A DNA stretch of 64,000 nucleotides from Stylophora pistillata. Its lineage: Eukaryota. The DNA is taken from NCBI RefSeq assembly GCF_002571385.2, contig NW_019218008.1, forward strand, positions 299,131 through 363,130, in the 5' to 3' direction. The translations under genes and the position numbers were made by a program. Shown here piece by piece: positions 38,187 to 50,799 of this stretch. The notes under the pieces are model-generated. The model was not told the DNA's origin, did not search any database, and saw nothing but the letters and a program-made list of their open reading frames with translations. Position 1 is the first letter of the stretch. The number at the start of each line of letters is the position of its first letter.

Positions 38187-41100
38187 TTGCGCTTGTTGGA
38201 TATGAGATGATTATAGCCAACGAGGCGAGTAGCGCCTCGTTGGCTATCTACCATCTCATATCCAACGCGCGCTTTTGGAATAATTGTTACTTATACACAA
38301 GTGTCTTTCAGCTTCCAGTGAACACCATGTTGATGGATATTCAAAGTTGAAAAGTGTAAGCCCCCCCCAAAAAAACGTCAACAAAAACGGTAATGTTCAC
38401 AAGCAATTAGTGCGTGTGCATAGAACTTACGATAATTACAAAGGAAGACCCTCTTTTTAAACCTGAGGGTTTCTCGAGCAGTAAGTTTAGAATGAACTAA
38501 AGAAAGCGAGATTTTCACCATATAGTCAGATAAGTGAGTTGAAATAAAACAAAGGAAGTAAGGAACTTTTGATAAAAGTAAACTTTTTCTAGACCGTACT
38601 TTCCCTATAATTCTTGCACAAGTTATCGTTCACGTACCAAGATGTCTCCTTAGAAAAGCCCAGATAGCTTGTCTGTTAAGTTTCACTGCAGTAGTTGGAT
38701 CAAGTTTACTACCGAGTGAAGTCCAATACAGCATGTATGGTGGTAAAACTGACGGTATGTCACATTGGTTCATATGTCTTGTCCACCTGATGAAGAAAAA
38801 CACGTGGAAACTTTTTTGCCACCATTTTTGGTAAATGAAAGTTCCTTTAGCATGGACTGTTGGAGCCAAACTGGCAGCAAGGGAATAAGTTTAAAGTCAA
38901 ACCGGAAAACTATGGATAAGGCTTTTTATGGACAACTTCACTTCACAGAGGTCAGTGGCTGCAAAAGAAAAAAATTATTCCGCAGAAGATCATTTATAAA
39001 ATAGTAAAAAGACAAGTTCTCACCTAATCGCTATGATTGACCGTGTTTCTGCAAAGAACAAAATTCAAAAACCTCATTTTTAAGCCATTTCGTTAAAAAA
39101 TGGACCAGTTTTCAGTTGATCATCGAAAGTAATGCGAGATTGTAACGGTTTTGCTTTACTTTGCACTGTGATTGGTTCAGGAACTCATGCCATCCTCTCA
39201 ACCAATCAGATCTAAAACTTAACCGAATAGCGACTTTGTCATTTGCGTTTCCGGCGCTTTGCACAGTTTACTCGTTTTCACTTTGTGTTCCCATTGGCTC
39301 CTTGTGACATTTCCTTCGCTCTGATTGATTGTTGTGATTTCTTTGGTTTTGGTTTGATGAAACTCAATAGAAACGTGCTGTGACTTTTGAATAAAAGTTT
39401 GCTCTTAAGCTAAGAAATAGGGAATTCATAAAGAGGAGTAAGAAAAAAAAAAGAAAAAAAAAATGTAGGAAAGCAAACCTGGCTTATCATTAATTAACTT
39501 TTTAAGAGGATCCATGTTTTGGTCCCAGCGATGAAATTGCTGTGAATTGACAAACAGTAATGGCTGATCAAGATTATAGTTATATATCTCTTTTCCTAAT
39601 GGCAGCATCCACACATCAAGAGCCACACCACACCTAAAACATAAATAAAAGAGTTGAGAACTTAATTAAGTCAACAAAGGTACTTAGAAGAAGCTTGTAG
39701 CTAAAGGTTGAAAATAACAAATTTATTTGATGAAAAGGTGTTATTGGACACATTTATAAAGTCAGGTCCATCTAAATTTTCTCCTAAATCTGAGATGGTG
39801 AAAATGCATTCTTTTTTAAGAAGCTCTGCAACTTTTGCTAACAATGTAAGATATGAACACAGGCAAGCTTTGTTCAAATACCAATCTTAATGAAGTCCTA
39901 CTGTAACAAACAATGTAATCTTTTTTTATTTGAATCTTTCCATCTGTGAGGTACTGTTAACTAAATACATTAAAAAGAGGAGCCTGAAAAGAACTGAGTT
40001 TAACAAATTTAACTTTATCAATGTTGTGATGTGCACTGTACCTAAATCGCTTGTCCTTTGCCAAAGTCAGGACAGTAGTAGCACCTCCAAACGAATGACC
40101 AACAACTGCAAACTTTTTTAAGTCCAGTCTTCCCTTTAAAAGAAGACAAAGAAAAAAAATTTATAAATTAGCTCTATTCTAGCAGTCAAAGTGGGGAGTA
40201 ACCATTCAAATGGAAAGCTATTGATAGTATCTTTTTCTAGTGTCTGACTCTATGAGCCGTAAACGATGTTATATAAAAAAACATGAAATTTAAAATAAAC
40301 TGAATGGACTGCTCTTCACAGGAGAGGTGTCACCAAAACAAACTTCTCTGCTTATCCAAAGAACAGTGGATTATTTGCTACAACATCAAAAGCATTCTCA
40401 TTCCTTGAAATAACTAGTGCCAATAAATAGATTAGTGGATGGAAGGAAAGAAGATAAAAAGACCAGAAAAAAAAAATTCACGAACAAAGAAGCAAATTGC
40501 CTTCAATTACCTTTAGTTGTTGTAAAATAGAATTTTCCTGGAATAAATTTGTTGGAAAACGTCCAGACTGAATATTTTCAAGAATGTTATGGGCACTTAT
40601 ACATTCATTTGCTCTGATGTGAACCTGTTAGATAAAAAATACACCAAAAGTAAAAGTAAGGTTGTAATATTAAAAGAGAGAGTAAAGGTGCCTTAATGGC
40701 AGGCATTGGGAACTCAGTGAAGCGTCAACAAGAAACTTCAACAGGTCTCACTTTGAGCACAGGCTGGGTTGCTGGGCTGTATTCTTCTGCAAGAAACTTA
40801 ACTCTAAAAATGGCTCTCTGTAGCTGAGGGTAAATGAGTCTCAGGGAATTATTACAAACTAGGATAAGCTATGTCAGAATGAGCCACTAAATGGAGGTAC
40901 AAACTGTTATTGTACCTTTACTACAGTGGTATCTGAAATACAGATTAAACACACCTGCTTGTTTCGAAGTTCAGACCCATCATCATTTGCTTGGAGATGG
41001 CGGTACTGGATCCATTCCTCTGTTGTCTTTTCATCTCCTTCATTCTTCTTCAGAACATAAGTAGCAGAAGCTGATTCGTCTCTATTATTTTAAAAAAGAA

Positions 41101-42264
41101 AAAGTTTTATATTCTATTTTGATATTTTCAAATTAAGTGTTACGCAAGAGACACTAACACAAAGCCCTGAAAAATAAACTTTGGATTCTGCACCATTAAT
41201 TCTCCAAGGACTTGTGGTTAGATATTTTGTTTTGTGCTGGTTTTAAAATAAAAATTGTTTTAGGCTTTCAATTTTCAACTGATGCTTACTGTAAAAGTCA
41301 AGTTAACCTCTTTTATTGTCCCATCTGATTGATGAAAAATTCACCACAATGCTTCATTTGTGCAGTGGATTAATACACTAACTTTTGAATGCTAATACTC
41401 ACCTTCCTAACATGAATCATAACATACTCACAAAACTGACTAAAGCAAGAATTTCTCACCTGTGTTCCACACATGCCACCAGACAGCCATGGGAAGCCAA
41501 CTCACAGCAGTACGTACTATAGATCAACCTGTTACCACCCAGGCCATGTGAAAATACAACACAAGGTAACAACTGTTCCTCTCCAGTAGGTTTACAAAGA
41601 GGTGCATTATAAATTGCAGGGATCTGCAAGCCACCTAGAATATTAAAAGTATGGTGCTAAGCTGACCATAGACCTGTCGAGTGGACTTTCTACTCACACA
41701 TTCTGAATAAAGGAATGCACGTCTTGAGTATTTCATTTTTTCCTCATTTTTTTCCGGAGATGCATGCCGCTGCCCCACCCCCAGGAGGAAGGTGATTCCC
41801 GCTGCATCGCAATCAACAGCTCAACAAGCGAGAAGAGACTCGAATGAAACGAGACGCGTCTCGAGAGAAACGAAACACATCTCTCGAGACGATGGTAACT
41901 TACATTTGAGCCGTACTGTACGCGGTCGATTACTTCAACCTTTAGCAGCAACTCAACTTTGAACTCTGCACCTACCAACACACCAGTAGAAAAATCTTCC
42001 CAGAAGCCAAACCGGAAGTTTCATGAAGTTTACAAGCCCTGATGCGTATTGTTGACGAGGTATCCAAAAACATCTTTTCGATTCATTCAATGTTGCGGCG
42101 GTCTTCTCCGCTGGGTAAAAGAAACGTATAAAACTACCGGCTACTGTAGAAACACCTGTAAATTCATCTTTAGCGCACATTAAATCAGTGCAGCCAACAA
42201 AAAACGGCCCTGTACATTCCTCTAGCTTCGTCTGGACTCTCCAAAATGAGAACCAGCCCGACAT
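37628..42264 (-). CDS. PAFAH2: Platelet-activating factor acetylhydrolase (PAF-AH II / PLA2G7 family, intracellular type)
   Basis: Nine GT-AG exons: 42264-41976, 41634-41460, 41081-40955, 40624-40511, 40133-40042, 39633-39479, 39048-39024, 38786-38638, 37761-37628. Motifs: [40 protein letters not shown] (Ser), ALDVWM (Asp), TRHMNQCD (His). No signal peptide. Orthology to PAFAH2 versus PLA2G7 is not resolved. Confidence 0.93.
37992..38290 (-). mobile_element. Hairpin-headed element, intronic copy of 11106-11400
   Basis: Reverse-complement similarity over the whole length. Confidence 0.75.
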
Positions 42265-42479
42265 TTTTCTTCTAATCATAAGATTTACGAAGTACAACAC
42301 TGTTTTACTACTGCAATATTCCCAGCTGATGCTACATAATTTCTTCCAGGCGTTTTACGTAATTAACGTGAAGGACTGGAACTCGGAGTTGACCTTCACA
42401 TTGTTTTCCCGGAACTTGAGGAACTGGTCTGTGCACGGATCAGGAAACAAATTTATCGATTAAGACCTGCATCTCAAGT
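42265..42479. promoter_or_regulatory. Putative bidirectional promoter between PAF-AH and SLC6
   Basis: The ATGs are divergent and 215 bp apart. The interval contains the palindromes TTACGTAA (42355-42362) and TTCCCGGAA (42406-42414). Confidence 0.6.
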
Positions 42480-45400
42480 ATGTCTGACGGAGAACATCGC
42501 CCGCTTTTACGCAGTGACTCTAGCACAAGTTCAAATTTCCAAAATGAGGTACAGAAGTTTTTCAAAATTGATTTGTTATTCCACGCGATGTCGCATAATG
42601 AAAAATAAATCTACTCAGTGTGATGTAATTTTGTGAATTCCTTCATTTGATGTGGCGCAGAGCCCTCTTACGTTTTCAAGCAAATGGGGCCTTGTTTTGT
42701 CGTGCTTGGGCTGCGTGATAGGGACAGGAAACATCTGGAGATTTCCAAGGATAGTCGCGAACAACAGTGGAGACGAAGGTAGAGAAATTATCGATGCAGT
42801 TGTTTCTGTATCTGTTTGTTTACGTTTACAAAATTCCATTCAATCTGTTCGTCTATGGAGTACAAATAGCCTTTAGATTATTGTCACAAACTTGTAGATT
42901 TTTTTCATCAAAGACAGTTTTGCTCAGAAGAATCACGCGAACATTATCGTGAATTAATAATCCATGCCGGGTTCTAAGAATTTTGGTCGGTTCCAATAAC
43001 TTTGTTTACTTTGGAGGCTTGTCAGGGGTGGGTCGGGGGCTTGGCGGTGTGACAAGGAGAGGTGTTTGGGGGGGTGTAGAGGATATAACCCCTCCCCCAC
43101 CAGAAGTACCTTGTCTAACAACATGTTATCAGTATTACATAACATGCCTTGTTATTATAATAGGTGGACTCCAGTTTTTGTTGGTGTGGTTATTGTTCCT
43201 TGGTCTGTGGTCAATACCAGTGATCCTGATAGAATATTCTGTTGGCCGATATACAAGAAAAGCTCCTGTGAAATCATTCAGAGTGCTCCTTGGACCCTGG
43301 TCATTATGGTGTGGGGGATGGATGGTTGCAGTTGTTATTTGCATTGCGTAAGTGTCCAAGTGTCTATTTTCTTAATGAGTAATTTATTGTGTACCAATAA
43401 TCTTCCCATTCAGTTAACTTGACTTTGTAGCAACAACTTGCCTTTACCATTGAAGTTTTCAATGCCTCACTCAAGCACAATTTTTTATTGAACAATACTT
43501 TGCATGAATGAAGAACTTTGTAGAATCTAGCAAAGTCATGTAGTGATTTTTGGTGCTGCTGTTTGGTTTTTTGATTGAAAGCATGATTCTACAATGTGAA
43601 AATTTTCCTCTAAGCCATTTACTCAGAAAAGCAGACTCTTAACCCTTAAACTCCTCCATATGTAAGATTAAAAAATGTGTATTCCTTCGGTTCCACATTT
43701 CCACCCCACTCAGGCAAGGTACAAATTTCCGCCCCCCCCCCATACACAGATGACAGTCAAATTCCTGTGAGTTGCTGGGGTAAGGGGGGATGTTGAAACT
43801 TTGATCCCTTCTCCACAAAGTGAGAGTTTGATTTGTCAATTACAACCCACTAATCACCAAAACTTTGAAAAAACAACAGTTAACTTGGCAAAGTGTGTGA
43901 CAAGAGCTGGTGCACATAGAGTATATACTCTCCAGTTACACGGGCATGACATGAACATTGTCCATTTACAAAGCATGATGGGTACACTATGGTGGTTACA
44001 CTATGGCTGGTGAAAACCAATCATTTTCATGAAAATTGTTATTTGTTTTATCGTTGAGCTGAGATGATCACCTGATTGGGTTTCAGGTCTTATTATTCTG
44101 TGGTGGTTGGTTGGTGTCTTTATTATCTCTTTTATTCCATCTCCCATCAACTGCCTGAATCGTTAAAAGCAAGCCAAAATATTTGGAATGAATTAAAGGT
44201 GATGTGTTTTTTAGTAATTTGTGACTTGATTTACCAGATGTAGTTAATTTCTTGAAATGAGCAGCCTTGTGTCTGCTCAGCAACAGATTATGGATGACAT
44301 CAAAATGTGATGAGAACAACAAATTAGCAGGTGAGAAGCTGCTGAGTGTGTCACTGATGTTTGTACCATACTTTGACGTCTTCTGTGACCTATAACTGAA
44401 ACCAAACTTATGGCAACATGGAATCAAGTTGTTTTATATGGATTGACAAAAAAGCAAAATGTCTTTGATGATGACATCATCATCTGTGTCTCTATCTTCC
44501 AGTAGATCATAAGTAAGAACCAGATAGAATGCATGACTAAATCAACTTATTATATAATTACTAATGCCAAACCCAGATGACATAGAAATTTGAAAAATAC
44601 TTAAAAAATATTCCTTTTTTTTTTTTTTATCAGAATCACAAGTGGTTACCTGTCCTTCTTCTCTTTTTAAGCCTGTCATTGGCTGGCTTCTCAGTGACCA
44701 GAGCTGTGTCATCTATTGAACGAGTGAACAGCATCATCATGCCACTTCTATTATTTGTACTGTTGGTGTCATTCTATTGGTCACTGACTTTGGAATATGC
44801 ATCATATGGGATTACTTACCTCTTTACACCAGACTGGGGTATGTTGCTATATGATGGTTGCGGTATACAAGTCTTGAGTTAGGGTATGAGCTAGTTTTGG
44901 AGGTCTATTACACTTGCTGCACGTGTGTATCACTTGCCATGTGCACCAGAGCTTTCTGGTGGACCATAGCAGTAAATACCTCTGTTATTTTTGACTGATG
45001 GGTCTGCAGTGCATAAGATGTATTTATTGTTTGGGCTTTGGAAGTCACTGTGCACTGCAAAAAGCATCAGTTTTGTTGTTATAAAGCTAAGCTTTTAAAG
45101 AACATTTTCACCTAATAATTATGAAGAACGCATCCGGTGGTTTGAAATGTAAAATAGGGGCCCTGGAAACCAAAGTTGTTGCAGATCTTTTGTTTTTCTC
45201 TTGTAGCTGAATTGAAAACCCTACGTCTGTGGGTGGATGCAGCTTCTCAGAATGCTTGGGATACAGGTAAAAAATGATTTGAGATAATTTTATCTCATTT
45301 ATTTCTATTTCATTTCATTTCTTTTTATCCCATTCCATTCCATTCTACTCTCTTACTTTCCATCCTATTTCATTTAATTTCCTTTTAATTTGAAAAATTT

Positions 45401-48400
45401 TTTTTCCTGTCACAGAATTTTTCCCATTTTATTTCACATCATTTCATCTCCATTTCCTTTAACTGGTTGGAACACTGCAACTGCCTTTGCCAGTATTAGT
45501 AGGCTGGGATTTTTATATCATTATTTGAACTAACTATATGATAAAAATCATTATTTAAATTAACTTAATGGAGTTGATGGTACCATACAAGTTCACTTTT
45601 TGTTTACTTTTATTTTATTTCATGTTTTCAAAAATCCTTTTCTTTAATTCTCCCAGGTGCCGGTTCAGGGTTATTTTTAACATATGCAACATACATGTCC
45701 AGACAGAATAGCGTGGTCAAATTAGGAATCCTTCTTCCACTTTGTAACAATTTAGTGAGGTGAGCACAAGGAAGATCTTAACTGAACAGTTGTGGAGCTG
45801 TGCAATCATCAAGAAACTATGACTTGATCCTTTTATCTTCAATGCTTCCTTCAAAGCGTTTTGCACAATTTTCAAACGTGTGTAACTTACATTATGCCAC
45901 AATTTTATCCATGCATGTATTCCAAGAGTACTTATATGTCATCGCTTTTCTCTTCCTCAGTTTATTAAGCGCTATAACACTTTATTCCACGGTATTTTCT
46001 ATCAAGATGAAAGAGGGTGCTAATAAAACTGAAATCGCACTGCTATTAAGAGAGGATGGCTTTGCCAATACGGGACTCACCTTTCTTTGGTAAGTTAAAA
46101 AAAAAAGGAAACTTGTGAACATAAACTCTCGCTCAAGTAAGCTAAGATGTGCAGGTTTTACTGTTATACATTACACTCTATGGTTGAACCGAACAAACTC
46201 GCGTTACCTCTGTAACTGATCAGATTTGAAGTGCTTTTTGATTCGATAATCACATTGGCCAATCAGAAGAAAGGATTAGAGACTGTCTAAAGCGCGGCAA
46301 AATGCGGGTGACCAAGACGTAATTGGATTTCGTTTTGTATCTGATTGGCTGAGAGAGTGGCGTGAATTTTATGGACCAATCACAGAACCAAGTAAAGGAA
46401 AACCAATGCAATCCTGGATTACTTTCGACACTCTATTGAAAATTGCTTTAAAACTAATCATGACATGGTCAATATAGTTTTCCCGCACTTTAAGTAGTGA
46501 GGTTCAAGTGTAAACGATCTGACTATAAAATCAAGAAAGGTGAGATGAGAGCTCAAATTCTCAAAGAGGGTTCAATGTATTTATTTGTCCTATCCTCGGG
46601 GCAAATGTGCGTCGTCTTTGTTTGACAATTTTATTATTCTTTTATTTTTGTCAGGATGCCAGTTCTTTACAAGCAGCTTGGAATTCCAGGGCGTGTTCTA
46701 TCGTCGCTGTTTTTTCTCTGCTTATCTCTTGGGGGTATCACTTCACTTTTGGCTATGATAGAATTGCCTGTTCGTACGCTTCAGGAGATGCAAGGTGCTT
46801 ATATTTATCCATTCATATATTAATTTAATTATTCAATTTTTCAGTTATCAATGTAAACTTATTTTTTCGATGCATTCAATTAAGTGTTGTAACACCAAAA
46901 ACCACAGTTGTTATGATGACCAATCAAAACAAAGGAATACGTCACAAGCAGCCAACCAGAACTCGTCCTCAAGCACGGGAAAATGCAAGTAGTCAAGTTG
47001 TGATTGGTTAAGAAGGAAGTGCAACCTTTTTGAACCAATTAGTGAGGAAACTTAAGCAAAAGCAATTAAGTAGTTGATAAGTTTTGACCTAAATTGTCTG
47101 TTTATTGTATTCCTTTTCTCACAGTTCCTCGAAAGTATGGCCTCCCTGTAGTGTTATTGGTGTTGTTCTGTTTTGGCTTACCATCAGCACTGGATTTGAA
47201 CATCCTTGTTAATCAGGTAAGGGCTTATTTATTATTATTATTACTATTATTATTATTATTATTATTATCATTATGATTATGATTATTACTATTATTATCA
47301 TTATTATTATTATCATTTTGTTTGTATTATTGACCAGTCTTCAATGAAAAGTCGTAAACGCCAGTTTGTAAACGCCAGAGGTTAATTCTAACGTTCTGTG
47401 ATTGGTCCAGCAAACTCCTGCCACTCTGTCGAGCAATCAGATACAAAACCAAGAACAATCGTAATTAGGTCACCCTTGTTTTCTTGCGCTTTAGAAAGAA
47501 AGAGATAAATGAAAAAATAAATAAATGGTTGAATGGATGAATGGGATAAATGAGAGATTGAAGAAAAAAAACTAAGTAAAAAAAGTAAGTAAGTAAAACC
47601 TTTATTTAAACACGATGAGTATTGAAGGTATGCAGCTTGTGGTTTTTTCATTTATCTTTTTCTAAAACATCAATAAGTTTGTTAGTTCCACTAACAATTC
47701 ACTGTTTGCTTTACTTCTTAGATATTTTCGCTTGCTAGAAGAAAAAGTGAAATGCGATTAAGGCTGTTAAAATATATTTTTTACTGCAGGATTTTGTGTG
47801 GGCGTTTGGTCAAGTCCTCGCTGGTGTTGTTTCAATATCATTACCCATTCTTTATGGAGTGACCAAATTTAGGGAGGATCTAGTCAATCAGGTGTGTTGT
47901 CATGGACCATCGCGTTTTTCATTTTATCACCTTTGGTTTTAATGGGAAAAAAGGATTAAGTTTGTTTCTGAAATTAGTGGCTTAATCAGCGGGTAATTTC
48001 GTACCAAGATCCTACCGTCTTACTGAAGCGACCACATGGCTGTGGAAGGTCTAGATACGAGACTAATCAGCGTGGGCACTTGTCTCGGTTTGCCTAGCCA
48101 CTGATTATGTTAGTTCATTCCAGGTTCACCTTGTTATTTCGTCTTGTTTCCATGGCAATACGTTTTTAATTTTACTCATTTATACCCCCAGGGACACAAC
48201 AGAATGACACGCTAGGGCTCGAACCTAGACCTCTCCACCCCGAGTCCAGCGCCAATTTCAAGGGCTTTCCATTTCCCGGACTGTGTAAAACGTGTGAATT
48301 TTTGTCTTGTTTGTTCTCTAGTTTGGACTTGACGACTGGAAACTTCCAAAGATTTGGGATTATATCGTAAAGTATGTCACGTTATTGTTATTTATTATTT

Positions 48401-49041
48401 TGGTTGGGCTTTGAAACGTGTGCGCATAAAAAGGAAAAAATTGACGCGATTATCAGTTTTTTTTTTGTTTCTTGTTTCTTGTTTCAGTTTTCTTGATCCC
48501 GTGATAGCAGTTGCCTTGTTAGTGTCATTTGTGGCTGACACTGTCAGCAATGATAAATCGGATTGGTATAAGTTTAAAAGAGAATCACTTATGTGGTGTT
48601 TTGTCGAGGTAAGTGAAGAACCTTGAAGAAATAAATAAATAAATAAATAAATAAATAAGGAAAGAATAACACGCAGGTTTTTTCGATCTTAAGTTGCGGA
48701 AGCTTTGCAACATGGAATCAATAAGTAAAATTTAGCAATCGTCGTCAGTGAAACACTCGGCTGCCTCTCCTGTACAACGTTTTCTTTCACCACATTTTGA
48801 CGTCATCAGTGATTTTTTTTTTAACAGACCTACGGTAACATGGAATCTATGTGTTGAAAAAATAGCGTTTATATTAACCAATCAGATTGCAGCAGTTGTG
48901 AATGAACGCTTTTTTTTCTTCATTTGTGTTTTTCAGTGGCTTTTTGTACTTTTGCTGTTGTTGCTGTTGAATTTTTTATGGATCTTTCGTCGTCGTACTC
49001 GCGGAAGAATTCGTAGAATATCCAGAATACGTGACTCTTGA
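42480..49041 (+). CDS. SLC6/NSS sodium-dependent transporter, prokaryote-like subfamily
   Basis: Fourteen phase-compatible exons: 42480-42548, 42661-42778, 43164-43347, 44087-44198, 44634-44838, 45207-45266, 45657-45759, 45961-46089, 46655-46794, 47125-47216, 47790-47891, 48322-48371, 48488-48608, 48937-49041. Motifs: IGTGNIWRFP, EYSVGR, SYYSVVVGW, LFTPDW, WVDAASQNAWDTG, TGLTF, GGITS. Confidence 0.93.
47224..47316. repeat. (TTA)n microsatellite
   Basis: Imperfect tta run in an intron. Confidence 0.9.
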
Positions 49042-49953
49042 GTGAAAAATAACAATCATGATATCACATATTTCTAATTAATGTATTCGATTTTAATTCT
49101 CACAGTTAAGTTATTTAGATATCATTTTTAGTTTACCTCCATTTTAGTATTGATTCGTTACGCTATGTGATTGGTCAAGAGAATTCGCGCCAAATTCTAA
49201 ACCAATCAGATGCAAACTAAAACCAGTCGTGACTTGGTCACCCTTGTTTTCTCGTGCTGGGTGATTCTCTTTGTTATTATTGGTCCTTACTATTTCCTTG
49301 GCTTGATTATATCACTCCGAATTAAAAACCGCGCTTAAGTTCTAAAACTCTGCTGTGATGTTATGAGCATATATCGATGGCTGGCATTATATTCATCAAG
49401 TGTGTGTTCAAGTCAGACAGGTTATTTCTTATTGCCTAAGATACTTGTGAGTAACATCTTTTAAATCTTTCAACTACGTCAATAGAACTGATCTTAAAAA
49501 ATGCACAAAAATACCGATTTCTCGACCCTCCCTTTTCGGAAACACTCGAGAATTCGCTTCCGAAAAATTTATAAATTTACACCCAATTCTTAGCGTTCAG
49601 TCACTTTGTTGGATTGTTTATGTATACTGAGCTCGTACATGACCACTAGCGTTGAACCTTCAAAACACATCGCTTTGACAATGAGCACGTAGATTGAATG
49701 CCAATAGGGTTAGGGACTACTTCGTATCGTATCAGTAAATGTTTGCACTCGTCGGGTGATGACCTTGACATGTTATACTGCATTCGGCTCCAAGGTTTCC
49801 AGCACCTTTTAAATTTTCAGTGTCAAGATGTGTAAGTCCTAAGTTTCTGATTTTATCAGGAACAAACTCGGACGAAATATGAAAAACATTCCATTTACTA
49901 CAACATTTCTTAAGCTAATTCAGTGAGGCGTTGCCGTTCTCGCTGTCAACTCA

Positions 49954-50799
49954 TTATTGGGAGCCGAAAATGTTCCTAATAATAACCTTTTACTCTCGCC
50001 TGAACTTCTTATCTGTGGCACAATAGATAAAGGGGTTTCTGGTGCTACTCAGATAAACTAAGAAGCTGTAAGTTAAGTACACTTGTCGTGGTAGTTTGGG
50101 TTCTCCACGTACCATGTCGATGTTCTTGACGACGAAGACAGGAAGCCAACAGCATGCAAAGCCGACCACAACTACCACCAAACGTTTCGTCACTTTGCCT
50201 TCTTCCACATTCACCCGAAGGAGTTGCAGATTATTTTCCAACGAGAAAACACAATTTGATCTTGGCACAGTGCGAAACACTTAAACATAGCAGATCTTGA
50301 TGATGATCAAGTGAGTTTTGATGATACAGCAAAGGATTGAGACAGAGTAAGCAATGTTACTTTCAAATTTGTACAGACATATTGCTTTTCCAGGCTGGAA
50401 TTCAATGCTGTCGTTTTTGAAGAGTAATCACGATGGGCACAGATGCAGCCAGAGCCAATACTTTTCTTGATTGACAACACAGAAATACCGGCTGACTGCA
50501 ATTGCTGCCATAGTTCCAAGACTGCCCATCCCAAATGTAGATGTATCAACTGCTTGAAAGCGACAGACCGTTTCACCAAAGATCCAGCTGCCGTGGAAAA
50601 TACTTGCCACTGTAAAAGGCATACAGCAGGTACACATCAGAATATCGCTGACAACCAGTGCTATTACGAACATGTTGGGAATTGTTCGCAGCCTTCGCTT
50701 TCGGTAAACGGCGTAACAAGCAAACAAAACTGTTTCAGTCCTAACTAAGACTTCAGATCTAATAGTAAGCTCATGGGAAAGTGTCTTGGACACCGTCAT
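49954..50799 (-). pseudogene. GPCR paralog A1 (pseudogene)
   Basis: TM1 deletion, frameshifting deletion after NQEKY, further indels and a premature stop after KFRRE. Confidence 0.88.

Noticed and set aside
43970-44078. Intronic C/D snoRNA
   Set aside because: The C box is imperfect (atgatgg), there is no terminal stem, and ctga coincides with the likely branch point.
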